Below are positions 38,501 through 51,847 of a stretch of DNA of 64,000 bases, in pieces. The translations under genes and the position numbers were made by a program. Source of the DNA: Eledone cirrhosa (Eukaryota); the NCBI GenBank assembly GCA_964016885.1, contig OZ024747.1:77562001-77626000 (forward strand), read 5' to 3'. How positions within the stretch are numbered: position 1 is the first letter of the stretch; each line of letters opens with the position of its first letter. Below the pieces are notes generated by a model. That model did no database searches. It saw only the letters and a list, made by a program, of their open reading frames with translations, and had not been told where the DNA came from.

Positions 38501-41500
38501 TATCATTGCTATAATTATTATATACAGTGGTGTATCATTGCTATAGTTATTATATACAGTTGTGTATCATTGCTATAGTTATTATATACAGTGGTGTATC
38601 ATTGCTATAGTTATTATATACAGTGGTGTATCATTGCTATAGTTATTATATATAGGGTGTATCATTGCTATAGTTATTATATGTAGGGGTGTATCATTGC
38701 TATAGTTATTATATATAGGGGTGTATCATTGCTATAGTTATTATATATAGGGGTGTATCATTGCTATAGTTATTATATACAGTGATGTATCATTGTTATA
38801 GTTATTATATACAGTGGTGTATCATTGCTATAGTTATTATATACAGTGATGTATCATTGCTATAGTTATTATATACAGTGGTGTATCATTGCTATAGTTA
38901 TTATATACAGTGATGTATCATTGCTATAGTTATTATATACAGTGGTGTATCATTGCTATAGTTATTATATATAGGGGTGTATCATTGCTATAGTTATTAT
39001 ATACAGTGATGTATCATTGTTATAGTTATTATATATAGGGTGTGTATCATTGCTATAGTTATTATATATAGGGTGTATCATTGCTATAGTTATTATATGT
39101 AGGGGTGTATCATTGCTATAGTTATTATATACAGTGGTGTATCATTGCTATAGTTATTATATACAGTGGTGTATCATTGCTATAGTTATTATTTATAGGG
39201 GTGTATCATTGCTATAGTTATTATATGTAGGGGTGTATCATTGCTATAGTTATTATATATAGGGGTGTATCATTGCTATAGTTATTATATATAGGGGTGT
39301 ATCATTGCTATAGTTATTATATACAGTGTTGTATCATTGTTATAGTTATTATATACAGTGGTGTATCATTGCTATAGTTATTATATACAGTGATGTATCA
39401 TTGCTATAGTTATTATATACAGTGGTGTATCATTGCTATAGTTATTATATACAGTGATGTATCATTGCTATAGTTATTATATACAGTGGTGTATCATTGC
39501 TATAGTTATTATATATAGGGGTGTATCATTGCTATAGTTATTATATACAGTGATGTATCATTGTTATAGTTATTATATATAGGGTGTGTATCATTGCTAT
39601 AGTTATTATATATAGGGGTGTATCATTGCTATAGTTATTATATACAGTGATGTATCATTGTTATAGTTATTATATACAGTGATGTATCATTGCTATAGTT
39701 ATTATATACAGTGGTGTATCATTGTTATAGTTATTATATATATGGTGTGTATCATTGCTATAGTTATTATATATAGGGGTGTATCATTGCTATACTTATT
39801 ATATATAGGGGTGTATCATTGCTATAGTTATTATATACAGTGATGTATCATTGTTATAGTTATTATATACAGTGATGTATCATTGCTATAGTTATTATAT
39901 ACAGTGGTGTATCATTGCTATAGTTATTATATACAGTGGTGTATCATTGTTATAGTTATTATATATAGGGTGTGTATCATTGCTATAGTTATTATATATA
40001 GGGGCGTATCATTGCTATAGTTATTATATATAGGGTGTGTATCATTGCTATAGTTATTATATATAGGGTGTGTATCATTGCTATAGTTATTATATACAGT
40101 GGTGTATCATTGCTATAGTTATTATATACAGTGGTGTATCATTGCTATAGTTATTATATATAGGGGTGTATCATTGCTATAGTTATTATATATAGGGGTG
40201 TATCATTGCTATAGTTATTATATATAGGGTGTGTATCATTGCTATAGTTATTATATACAGTGGTGTATCATTGCTATAGTTATTATATACAGTGGTGTAT
40301 CATTGCTATAGTTATTATATATAGGGGTGTATCATTGCTATAGTTATTATATATAGGGGTGTATCATTGCTATAGTTATTATATATAGGGGTGTATCGTT
40401 GCTATAGTTATTATATATAGGGGTGTATCATTGCTATAGTTATTATATATAAGGGTGTATCATTGCTATAGTTATTATATATAGGGGTGTATCATTGCTA
40501 TAGTTATTATATACAGTGGTGTATCATTGCTATAGTTATTATATATAGGGGTGTATCATTGCTATAGTTATTATATACAGTGGTGTATCATTGCTATAGT
40601 TATTATATATAGGCGTGTATCATTGCTAGAGTTACTATATATATAGGGGTGTATCATTGCTATAGTTATTATATACAGTGGTGTATCATTGCTATAGTTA
40701 TTATATATAGGGGTGTATCATTGCTATAGTTATTATATACAGTGGTGTATCATTGCTATAGTTATTATATATAGGGGTGTATCATTGCTATAATTATTAT
40801 ATACAGTGGTGTATCATTGCTATAGTTATTATATATAGGGGTGTATCATTGCTATAGTTATTATATACAGTGATGTATCATTGCTATAGTTATTATATAT
40901 AGGGGTGTATCATTGCTATAGTTATTATATATAGGGTGTATCATTGCTATAGTTATTATATACAGTGATGTATCATTGCTATAGTTATTATATATAGGGG
41001 TGTATCATTGCTATAGTTATTATATATAGGGTGTATCATTGCTATAGTTATTATATACAGTGATGTATCATTGCTATAGTTATTATATATAGTGGTGTAT
41101 CATTGCTATAGTTATTATATATAGGGGTGTATCATTGGTATAGTTATTATATATAGGGGTGTATCATTGCTATATTTATTATATACAGTCATGTATCATT
41201 GCTATAGTTATTATATATAGGGGTGTATCATTGCTATAGTTATTATATATAGGGTGTATCATTGCTATAGTTATTATATACAGTGATGTATCATTGCTAT
41301 AGTTATTATATATAGGGGTGTATCATTGCTATAGTTATTATATATAGGGTGTATCATTGCTATAGTTATTATATACAGTGATGTATCATTGCTATAGTTA
41401 TTATATATAGGGGTGTATCATTGCTATAGTTATTATATATAGGGGTGTATCATTGCTATAGTTATTATATACCGTGATGTATCATTGCTATAGTTAATAT

Positions 41501-43157
41501 ATATAGGGGTGTATCATTGCTATAGTTATTATATATAGGGGTGTATCATTGCTATAGTTATTATATATAGGGGTGTATCATTGCTATAGTTATTATATAT
41601 AGGGATGTATCATTGCTATAGTTATTATATATAGGGGTGTATCATTGCTATAGTTATTATATATAAAGGTGTATCATTGCTATAGTTATTATATATAGGG
41701 GTGTATCATTGCTATAGTTATTATATATAGGGGTGTATCATTGCTATAGTTATTATATGTAGGGCTGTATCATTGCTATAATTATTATATACAGTGGTGT
41801 ATCGTGGCTATAGTTATTATATATAGGGATGTATCATTGCTATAGTTATTATATGTAGGGGTGTATCATTGCTATAGTTATTATATACAGTGGTGTATCA
41901 TTGCTATAATTATTATATACAGTGGTGTATCATTGCTATAGTTATTATATACAGTGGTGTATCATTGCTATAGTTATTATATATAGGGGTGTATCATTGC
42001 TATAGTTATTATATACAGTGGTGTATCATTGCTATAGTTATTATATATAGGGTGTATCATTGCTATAATTATTATATACAGTGGTGTATCATTGCTATAG
42101 TTATTATATACAGTGGTGTATCATTGCTATAGTTATTATATACAGTGGTGTATCATTGCTATAGTTATTATATACAGTGGTGTATCATTGCTATAGTTAT
42201 TATATATAGGGATGTATCATTGCTATAGTTATTATATATAGGGGTGTATCATTGCTATAGTTATTATATATAGGGGTGTATCATTGCTATAGTTATTATA
42301 TGTAGGGGTGTATCATTGCTATAATTATTATATACAGTGGTGTATCGTGGCTATAGTTATTATATATAGGGATGTATCATTGCTATAGTTATTATATACA
42401 GTGGTGTATTATTGCTATAATTATTATATACAGTGGTGTATCATTACTATAGTTATTATATACAGTGGTGTATCATTGCTATAGTTATTATATATAGGGG
42501 TGTATCATTGCTATAGTTATTATATACAGTGGTGTATCATTGCTATAGTTATTATATATAGGGGTGTATCATTGCTATAGTTATTATATATAGGGGTGTA
42601 TCATTGCTATAGTTATTATATGTAGGGGTGTATCATTGCTATAATTATTATATACAGTGGTGTATCATTGCTATAGTTATTATATATAGGGATGTATCAT
42701 TGCTTTAGTTATTATATACAGGGATGTATCATTGCTATAGTTATTATATACAGTGGTGTATCATTGCTATAGTTATTATATACAGTGGTGTATCATTGCT
42801 ATAGTTATTATATATAGGGATGTATCATTGCTTTAGTTATTATATATAGGGATGTATCATTGCTATAGTTATTATATATAGGGGTGTATCATTGCTATAG
42901 TTATTATATGTAGGGGTGTATCATTGCTATAGTTATTATATACAGTGGTGTATCATTGCTATAGTTATTATATACAGTGGTGTATCATTGCTATAGTTAT
43001 TATATATAGGGGTGTATCATTGCTATAGTTATTATATACAGGGGTGTATCATTGCTATAGTTATTATATACAGGGGTGTATCATTGCAATAGTTATTATA
43101 TATAGGGTGTATCATTGCTATAGTTATTATATATAGGGGTGTATCATTGCTATAATT
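23525..43157. repeat. 32-bp satellite array, about 19.6 kb and about 610 monomers (tatcattgctatagttattatata-[taggggtg|cagtggtg|cagtgatg])
   Basis: Direct inspection; 31- and 33-bp variants; higher-order block duplications. Confidence 0.99.
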
Positions 43158-43262
43158 CTCGTTATCAGTTCGAATCTCGCCAAGGTCCAGTTTAATACTT
43201 TCATCTTTCCGGTGTTGAGATAAGAAAAGACAATCAATAAATTAAATACTGGGGGAAGGGGG
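43158..43262 (+). mobile_element. SINE B box and body immediately right of the satellite
   Basis: cgttatcaGTTCGAATCtcgccaaggt...tttcatctttccggtgttgagataa...tactgggg matches SINE consensus. Confidence 0.75.
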
Positions 43263-43529
43263 GGGGGGGGCTAATGGACTTCTAGCCTTGAAGATCGTGC
43301 CCCAGTATGGCCATAATCCAATGAGTGATAAAATATTCCGGTCGGGCCCCCACTTATAATGACCCTGCCAGATAAATACTCTAAAGTCTTAGTAAAGGAA
43401 TAAAAATGAACCCACAAAAAATAGCAGCCAAAACTTGAAATCGCACCTTAATACTTTCAAAGTGGAAGAACGATTTAAACAACGATATATATATATATAT
43501 ATATGTGTGTGTATACATATACATATATA

Positions 43530-43975
43530 TATATATATATGAATGTATATATAATGTATTTTACAATACACTGTATGCTTAATTAAAAGCATTTCGAAGA
43601 CCTTACGTTATTGTTTTAGAGTAGTGACAGTCTTAGTTACTTTAAATTTCCAGCAAACAGGGGAGATAAAGCTGACAGAGCTCTGTTTCGTACTGATTGG
43701 TACTTATCAAAGCCAAGTACTCCACCTGTTTGCTGAAAATCATGAATGTTTGATTCTTGTAGAATTCTAGTAATAATCAGGAACTGATTATACAGAGCGG
43801 TTGCCGATCAAGCAGAAATTGAAAATTAGAATTGGTGCTCTGAAATAGCGATATATATATGAATGTATGTATAGTGTATTTTGCATCACACTGTATGCTT
43901 AATTAAAAGCATTTCGAAGACCTTACGCTATTGTTTTAGAGCAGTGACAGTCTCACTTACTTTAAATTTTCAGCA
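43530..43975. repeat. Partial tandem repeat, 320-bp period, flanking the hammerhead
   Basis: ctgtatgcttaattaaaagcatttcgaagaccttacg at 43571 and 43891. Confidence 0.9.
43646..43740 (-). ncRNA. Type I hammerhead ribozyme with U3-A8 core and long stem I
   Basis: cagcaaacagg..ggag..gct-TTGATAA-gtac caatca gtac-GAAA-cag agct ctg-TC-agc..ctcc.cctgtttgctg. Confidence 0.8.
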
Positions 43976-44008
43976 TATATATATATATATGTTTATATAT
44001 CTATGTAC

Positions 44009-44081
44009 ATCATTAAATGCTATGCATGTCATTTGACATTTAAATATCCATGTGACTTTTGCAACACACTGCTATCATGTA

Positions 44082-44122
<41 letters not shown>

Positions 44123-44266
44123 GTGGAGAAATATATAAAGGAGAACAAACCGTTATGTGTGTGTGTGCAGATATGTTCATATTTATATGTACATATATAT
44201 ATATATATCTGCACACACACACATAACATGTTTGAACGGTTTGTTCTCCTTTATATATTTCTCCAC

Positions 44267-44317
<51 letters not shown>

Positions 44318-44390
44318 TACATGATAGCAGTGTGTTGCAAAAGTCACATGGATATTTAAATGTCAAATGACATGCATAGCATTTAATGAT
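44009..44390. repeat. About 380-bp fold-back palindrome including TA tracts
   Basis: Left and right halves are reverse complements. Confidence 0.95.
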
Positions 44391-44492
44391 ATATATATAT
44401 AAAACAGCTAAATGCTGTCAATGTATATATATATATATATGACTCGAGGGCGGCCGACATTTTGTCTATTATATTCCTTTGTTATATTTCGA

Positions 44493-44550
44493 ATACCTGA
44501 TGATGTCACCGGATTCATACTGAACCCGGTCATTGAAATGATCATAGTAT
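44493..44550 (+). ncRNA. Type I hammerhead ribozyme (copy of 15631-15688) in pLTR remnant 44441-44602
   Basis: atac-CTGATGA...GAAA-tgatca-TA-gtat-aataaa. Confidence 0.8.
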
Positions 44551-44597
44551 AATAAACCTTTTAAGGAATTACACCAGTCCAGCCTCCTGTTATTTTA

Positions 44598-44641
<44 letters not shown>

Positions 44642-44689
44642 CTATTAATGATTTGTTTCTTTTGTAAATAACATTCGTTATGGGGCTTT

Positions 44690-45577
44690 GGATTCTCAGT
44701 GTCGGTAGAGCGTCGAACACCATGGTTGGCATCATATAGATTACGACTCTACATTCTGAGTTCAAATCCCACTGAGGTTAACTTTGTCTTTCATCCTTAC
44801 GGCGTCGATAAAATAACGAACCAGTAATGTACTGGAGTCGATTTAATCAACCCCTCCCCCAAAATTGTTGGCCTTGTACCTAAATCAGAAACCATATATT
44901 CGTATGTATTCAGTGGCTTACTGAAGTAAGAGTTATATCATTAATTTCTTTTTTAATACCCAGAATACCCAGTTTATGAAACCATTAGTTTATGATTGAA
45001 AGGTAAGACTGGCTGAGAACGAAGTCATGGTATTTCTTCCGGCTTCTTATGAGTTCAATTCCTGCTGAAGTCACCTTTCCCTTTCATCCTTCTGGGCTCA
45101 ATAAAATAAAGTACTAGGGTTTATTTAATCGTCTTCCTCTATATTACGACCTTGTGTCTTTGTTAGAAACAATTATTTCACAAAAGATATTGTTTATAGC
45201 CTGTCAACTGAGGCGGTTTATGATTGCAGGGGAGACAACTTAAATGATACCTTTTCCTTGATATTATATAGACTGAGTTCAAATCCCGCCGAGATCAACT
45301 TTGCCTTTCATCCTTACGGGGGTCGATAAAATAAAGTACCAGTAATGCACTGGGTAATTGCTGGCCTTGTGCCAAAAGTACAAACAATTATATAGGCGGG
45401 GAACTGGCAGTATCGGTGACGCCATGCTTTGCAGCAAAGAGTTACGGCCCTTTATGGACTGAGTTCAAATCCCGCCGAAGTTAACTTTGCCTTCCGTCCT
45501 TACGGGATCAATAAAATAAAGTACCAGTAATGCACTGGGATAATTGCTGGCCTTGTGCCAAAAGTAGAAACAATTAT
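44690..45577 (+). mobile_element. Cluster of 4 SINE copies (about 44690, 45005, 45265, 45393)
   Basis: B boxes and tails as above, all on + strand. Confidence 0.88.
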
Positions 45578-46574
45578 ATAGAATGGAGAACCTATAGAAG
45601 AGGTACAATAACTACAGTAAATATGATCTTCACGGAAGACGAGCCTGATTATTATCAAAACATTGTAAGTTGTAATAATAATGTTAGAATTAAAATTTCC
45701 CAAGTGTAAATATATACACTTGTGTGTATGTGTGTGTGTCTCTTTGAGTGTGTATGCATGCATGTATGTATGTATGTACTGAGGTAATGTGCTAAATCAG
45801 GGAAGATCATTACAGACAACCAGTGTTCCAGGTCAACATATATGGTTGTATGGATAAGGAATTCACAACTACATTTTGTTGTTTTGTCGATCGATGACTT
45901 TAGAGCGAAAGTAGGTAAAGGAAAGTTTTGTGGAAGGCCACCCCTCTTGTTCTTGGATATGAGATCTTGAACATTATTAACTGATTCTTGGGTGCCTTTA
46001 GCTTTAAATTGATGTTGATAATATTTTTAATGCATCTAAATTTATATATTTGGTATTTTAAGAATTGTATTAATAGAGAAAAATTAATGTAGTTAAATAT
46101 ATTTATAAGAACTGAGGGATACGAAGAAATATTGTCTTTTTTTTTAACTAAATAAAGCAAAATCTAAAACAGTAGTGTATGATTTACTGAAGAAGAAATG
46201 GTTTGTAGAAGAAGAAATGAACCAAACTGCAGCTTTTAAAATCAATTAAAATTATCGGAGGAATTATGAAGAAAAACTTGGGTATAGTTACGAAACTGAT
46301 GCGTTGAATTCAAATTTAGATCACATGGAATTTCTTTTGTCGTCAACAGGGATGCTTTAAGAGAAACTAAAGGGACCTCCACATTAGCATTGAGCCCCTA
46401 GACACGGTGGGCCCCGGACAACCGTCCAGTATACTTCTGCCATAAGACGGCACTAGTAGTCGCCCTTTTTCTCTTCCTTGTGGTTCAACCATTCTTCAAT
46501 GTTGCCATCCCTTTGTTGAATCATTACCAAAGAAGTTCATACAAGTTGCCTCCCCTTCATTCTCATTCAGTTGA

Positions 46575-47065
46575 TATAAATATACGTATATCACTGCGTA
46601 TCTCTCCGGTAAAGCTTTAGTTCTCTCAGCCTCTCCCAGTAGCTCTGCTCTTTCATTGAGACAATTCTCATGGTGTAGCATCGTTCTGCAGTTAGTGATG
46701 GTGATCTGCAGTCTGTGGGGTGATCATAGCTGAGAGCAATAGTCCAGTTGGCTGAGGATGAAAATCCTCCAGCGGACCAACATGGTTTCCCCAGTCTCTT
46801 GTCCTGAAAGTCCTCAGAATCCAACCCGCCAGTCGTCTGCACATTGCCGTCATTTTGGTGATGTGTGCATGAAACGATGCATCATTGCTCAGGTCAATAC
46901 CCAGGTCTCGAATTGATTTTGACTGAAGAATTTTGATTCCTCCTGGTCCAGTGTACCTTTGTTGTGGTGGTCCTATGTATTTTGATTGATAGTAGAGGGC
47001 TTGAAACTTACCTGCATTAAATTGCATATTGTTATTTTCAGCCCATTAATCTAAATCATGCTGGT
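46575..47065 (-). mobile_element. CR1-group LINE reverse transcriptase C-terminal fragment
   Basis: DL..WAENNNMQFNAGK...RDLGI..SND.SF..HI....A...GWILRTF...YWERLRELKLY; stops and frameshifts. Confidence 0.85.
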
Positions 47066-47807
47066 GGTGGTGTGCTATGATTTCTTTTCTGTATTATTAT
47101 TATTTGCTGGGTCCAACTGAAGAGTTGAACTTTTGTATGTCTTCTGAGATTGAAGCTGTTGATGTTTAAATTGTTATAAGTCAACTTATAAGAAAGAATT
47201 CCAGAGGAACGGACTGTGCAAAGTGGCTATTGTAGGGCCTGGGGAGTTGGACACAATATATGAGGTAAGCAGAGGAGAGACGAGACACGAGTGCCTGAGT
47301 AAAGATGGCATGAGGCCAACCAACTCCAAAAAATAGATGATATAGTAGCATCAGAAATTTAAGCCAGAGGTTGGAGTATGTCTATCAATGACTGTCAGGT
47401 CTCTTCAATTGCATGCTGTTTATATTTAAGGGTAATGAGGTGAGGTGCGGTGATATTTAAGGGTGGTAAGGTGCAGTGAGGGTGGTGAGGTGCAGTGATA
47501 TTTTAGTTTCATACACTTACAATCAACAAAGAAAATGAACAATAACAATAAAAACAAATCAGATCTTTCACTGATTTGGTTCCAGTCATTCGACTGGACT
47601 GTGGTCATACCTGAGTAACAATACCAGTACTTATTTCAATGTATTACTTATTAACAATATTTCTCAAACCACCACACAACAATAGTAACTCACACATTCC
47701 AAATATAAACAGGTTTCAAACAATATATTTATACAGAGTTGCATTTATTACTTTCCAGTGACTGAGTTATCTTTTGACAGAGCATCTGCTAGTGTACATA
47801 TATATAT

Positions 47808-48228
47808 GCAAGCAGGGAAAAACGGACGTAAAATGATGCTGATGATATATCGTCATTTTAATGTCCACTCTCCCTGCTAGCAAGGGCTGAACGAGTTCAT
47901 GTAGACCAAGTCAGAACTGAAGCGGAGCCACCGATCTCCTAGGCAAGCCAGGGGGTCTGTGTCCCACTTATGTATGGTTTCATGTTCAGGAGAGGTTGTC
48001 ATGCCTTTGACACAACTGAAGGTCCTCCAACCCTTTGTTTGACAAGAAGTCTACGGCTGCACGTCCTTCCTATCACAAATCCCTTTACAGAGTGTACTGG
48101 GTGTATTTATTGTGTAAATCACCAACACTAGGGAGGTTACCATATATATATATATAACAGGCTTCTGTAGTTTCTGTCTACCAAATTCCACCCTCTAGAC
48201 ATTGGTCAACCCAAAGTAGAAGACAACA
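47808..48228. mobile_element. Degraded SINE fragments of other families
   Basis: Tail-to-tail ggacgtaaaatgatg / cattttaatgtcc; ctacggctgcacgtccttcct; ctaccaaattccac. Confidence 0.45.
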
Positions 48229-49169
48229 CAAGCACGTTCAAATCTTAAAAGCTTTTTTCAATGGACTTCATTATAACCATTTTTTTTTCCTTATCTTAAA
48301 TTCCTTTTCTTTCTAAATAAAGATTAAATTTCAGTACTTTTACAAAAGAAGTTTTTCATACAAAAAAATCTTTTTTTTAAACACACATCAAAATATAAAA
48401 ATCAGTTTTATTTGTATATTTATTTATTCCTTTATTTATTTTTATCTTTCTGCAGCAAAATGTGTTTTAAGAACAATAGAAACCATACTGAATTTTATTT
48501 TTTTTAAACCATTATCATCATGTATATTATGAATCTCTTGACCATTATTTTTGTTCAAATATCTACATGTTTAAGAAATAGCAAAGCTATTTGAAAAGAC
48601 AATAAAAATGCACACAAAATACCATCATTATACATAGGTTCTAATTCTATAAACCTAACTTTTCTTCTTCTTCAAAATAGTGACAATAGAAACATGATTT
48701 GGAGTTGAGTATCACCAGGAATTAGTGAAATTAAAGTTTTTTAATAAATCAGTGTACCCCCACCCCATCCCCTTTTTTGTTGTTTTGTTGTTATAACTCT
48801 TAATGATGGCACCTACAATATTATCTTGGAAACCTAAGAAATGTAAGATAAACAAGTAATACAACTGAACTGACAATATTGTCACAAGTTCAATGTGTTG
48901 TGCTGTGCTCCTAGGCTTTTGACACTCTTCTGTTGCCTCAGTCTGCCAGACTGACAACAAGTTCCACTTCATCTTCATAGGTGAGTGGTGACCAGTAAGA
49001 AGAGCTATACATCTAGCTAGTTGGCCAACAATTTTTCTTCTCCAGTAATCTGCAGATATCTTAATTTACAATATATATATATATATATATATATTAGTAA
49101 TAATAATAAATGTGAAAACTAAAATCTAAAGAGGACTCAATAAGGATGAATATATAAGAATCCTAGAGC

Positions 49170-49298
49170 AAATAACAGATTAAAGTTTAAGCAAAGAATC
49201 GCTGCTTTCACCCTTAACGGGATCTTCTGAAACTGTTTCAGAAGATCCCATTAAGGGTGAAAGCAGTGATTCTTTGCTTAAACTTTAATCTGTTATTT
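49170..49298. repeat. Palindrome with 64-bp arms and 1-nt loop
   Basis: Centre ctgaaac-t-gtttcag at 49234; one arm is shared with 14620-14662. Confidence 0.95.
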
Positions 49299-49417
49299 TA
49301 ATAAATATATATATATATATATATATCCATGACACATTCTAGTTATAACAAAAAGAAAAAAAAAGATTTTTGTCATTTTTAATTTTGTTCTTTTGGTCAA
49401 TTTCTACTGGAGAAAAA

Positions 49418-49533
49418 AACCATCTCTAGTACAGGCTGACCAAATGATGTATTTAACTCTCAACACCCTGAAACCATCTCTAGTACAGATGTAGGCTGAC
49501 CAAAGATGTTTTTAACTCTCAACACCTTGAAAC
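49418..49533. repeat. About 53-bp tandem duplication
   Basis: aaaccatctctagtacag...ctctcaacacc twice. Confidence 0.85.
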
Positions 49534-50435
49534 GATTTAGCAAAGATCTTTAAAATGTTTTTTTTAATCAAATATTTGTAGTATCTTTACTAGTGAACAG
49601 ATTTGCAGTAAACTAAAGTAAAGACTATAATATTTAATGTGATGCAGTTACAGTACTGTTTTGTACTTTTCAAAAATGTCTTGCTAATGTGGTTCAATGT
49701 GGTACAGGACGTTAAGAGTTATTAAAAGTTTTAATGTGTGTGGCATTATGACCTAAGATATAGGAATCTCATTCTAAAGCTTGTATGGAGTTAGTTGAGG
49801 GTGAAATAAGATTAATCAGAAGTTTGCTTATATTTTATTAATTTTATGTAAGGGTTAGTATTGTTAGTCTAACATTGTCAGCAACACCTAGGTTTAATGA
49901 CAGATTTAATTTTAATTAAAAATAATTAAATTTATGTCCTAACTGGAGTTATATTTAACAATAACAACAAATTTTTAATTTTAAAAGAAAATTATCCAAT
50001 GAAAAGAAATAGGAATATCAAATTACGTTTTGCTTTTTATGTAAAGTACTACAGGGCATAAATTTTAATAAAAAGTAGTTGAAAATAAATTGGAGATAAA
50101 ACCCCTTGAATGGAGGATATGACCTCTTTTCTGCCTCAAATGGGATATATCTACAATTTATTTGGGGGTTATAGCCCAGAATTATTTTCGATAACTTTTT
50201 AGTTAAAATTTATGCGTTGGGGTACTTTGTATAAAAAGCAAAAAATATTTTGGAACTCCAATCTTGCTCGTAAAATGTTGTATGAAAGAAATGATTAACT
50301 CTTGTGAAAATAAATAATCAACCAAAATGGATTTGTACGCCAAATGCCAGAATGTTGGGAATAGTGACAAATGGTTCATTTATTAACAGAAAAATGTTTT
50401 TTAAATAATTCACAAAGACTTCTAAAAACTGAAAT

Positions 50436-50436
50436 G

Positions 50437-50471
<35 letters not shown>

Positions 50472-51816
50472 TATATATGTTTGAATATAAATATGTATAT
50501 ACATATATATATATACCTATATATACACACACAAATATATGTGTGAATATATATATGTATATACATATATATACACATACACACACATATATGTGTGAAT
50601 ATATATATGTATATACATATATATATATATATATACACACACATATATATGTATGAATATATATATAGACATACACACACATATGTATGAATATATATAT
50701 ACATACACACACATATATTTATGAATATATATATGTATGTATATACATATATATATATACATACACACACATATATATGTATGAATATATATATGTATGT
50801 ATATACATATATATATATACATACACACACATATATATGTATGAATATATATATGAATGTACATTATATATATATATACATAGACACATATATATGCATG
50901 AATATATATATATTAATGTATATACATATATTTTTATATATATACATACACATATATATGTATGAATATATATATATATGTATATACATATATACATACA
51001 CACACATATATATATACATCATTTATTTGTATATACATACATATATATATACACACACATATATATATATACATCATTTATTTGTATATACATACACATA
51101 TATATATACACACACATATATATATACATCATTTATTTGTATATACATACACACATATATATATATATACATATATATATACACAGACATATATATATAT
51201 ATATACATATATATATACACACACACATATATATACACACACATATATACACACATATATACACACACACACATATATACACATATATATATATACACAT
51301 ATATATATATACACATATATATATACATACACATATATATATACATACACATATATATATACATACACATATATATATACACACACATATATATATACAC
51401 ACACATATATATATACACACACATATATATATACACACATATATACACACATATATATATACACATATATATATATATACACATATATATATATATATAC
51501 ACATATATATATATATACACATATATATATATATATACACATATATATATATATACACATATATATATATATACACACATATATATATACACACATATAT
51601 ATATACACACATATATATATACACACATATATATATATACACACATATATATATATACACACATATATATATATACACATATATATATATATATACACGT
51701 ATATATATATACACACATATATATATATACACATATATATATATATACACATATATATATATACACACATATATATATACACATATATATATATACACAT
51801 ATATATACACATATAA

Positions 51817-51847
<31 letters not shown>

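Noticed and set aside
23525-43157. CRISPR-like appearance of the 32-bp array
   Set aside because: No unique spacers, only a few recurring 7-9-nt variants; eukaryotic context and no cas genes.
23525-43157. G-quadruplex or telomere-like function from the TAGGGG motifs
   Set aside because: G-runs are 28 nt apart and absent from many monomers; not TTAGGG tandem repeats.
46375-46455. Possible DNA-transposon end (...taagacggcact)
   Set aside because: No matching opposite end or target duplication found.
48915-48986. Possible host exon (ctag|...|gtgagt)
   Set aside because: Stops in all three frames and no partner exons or recognisable protein; a non-coding exon cannot be excluded.
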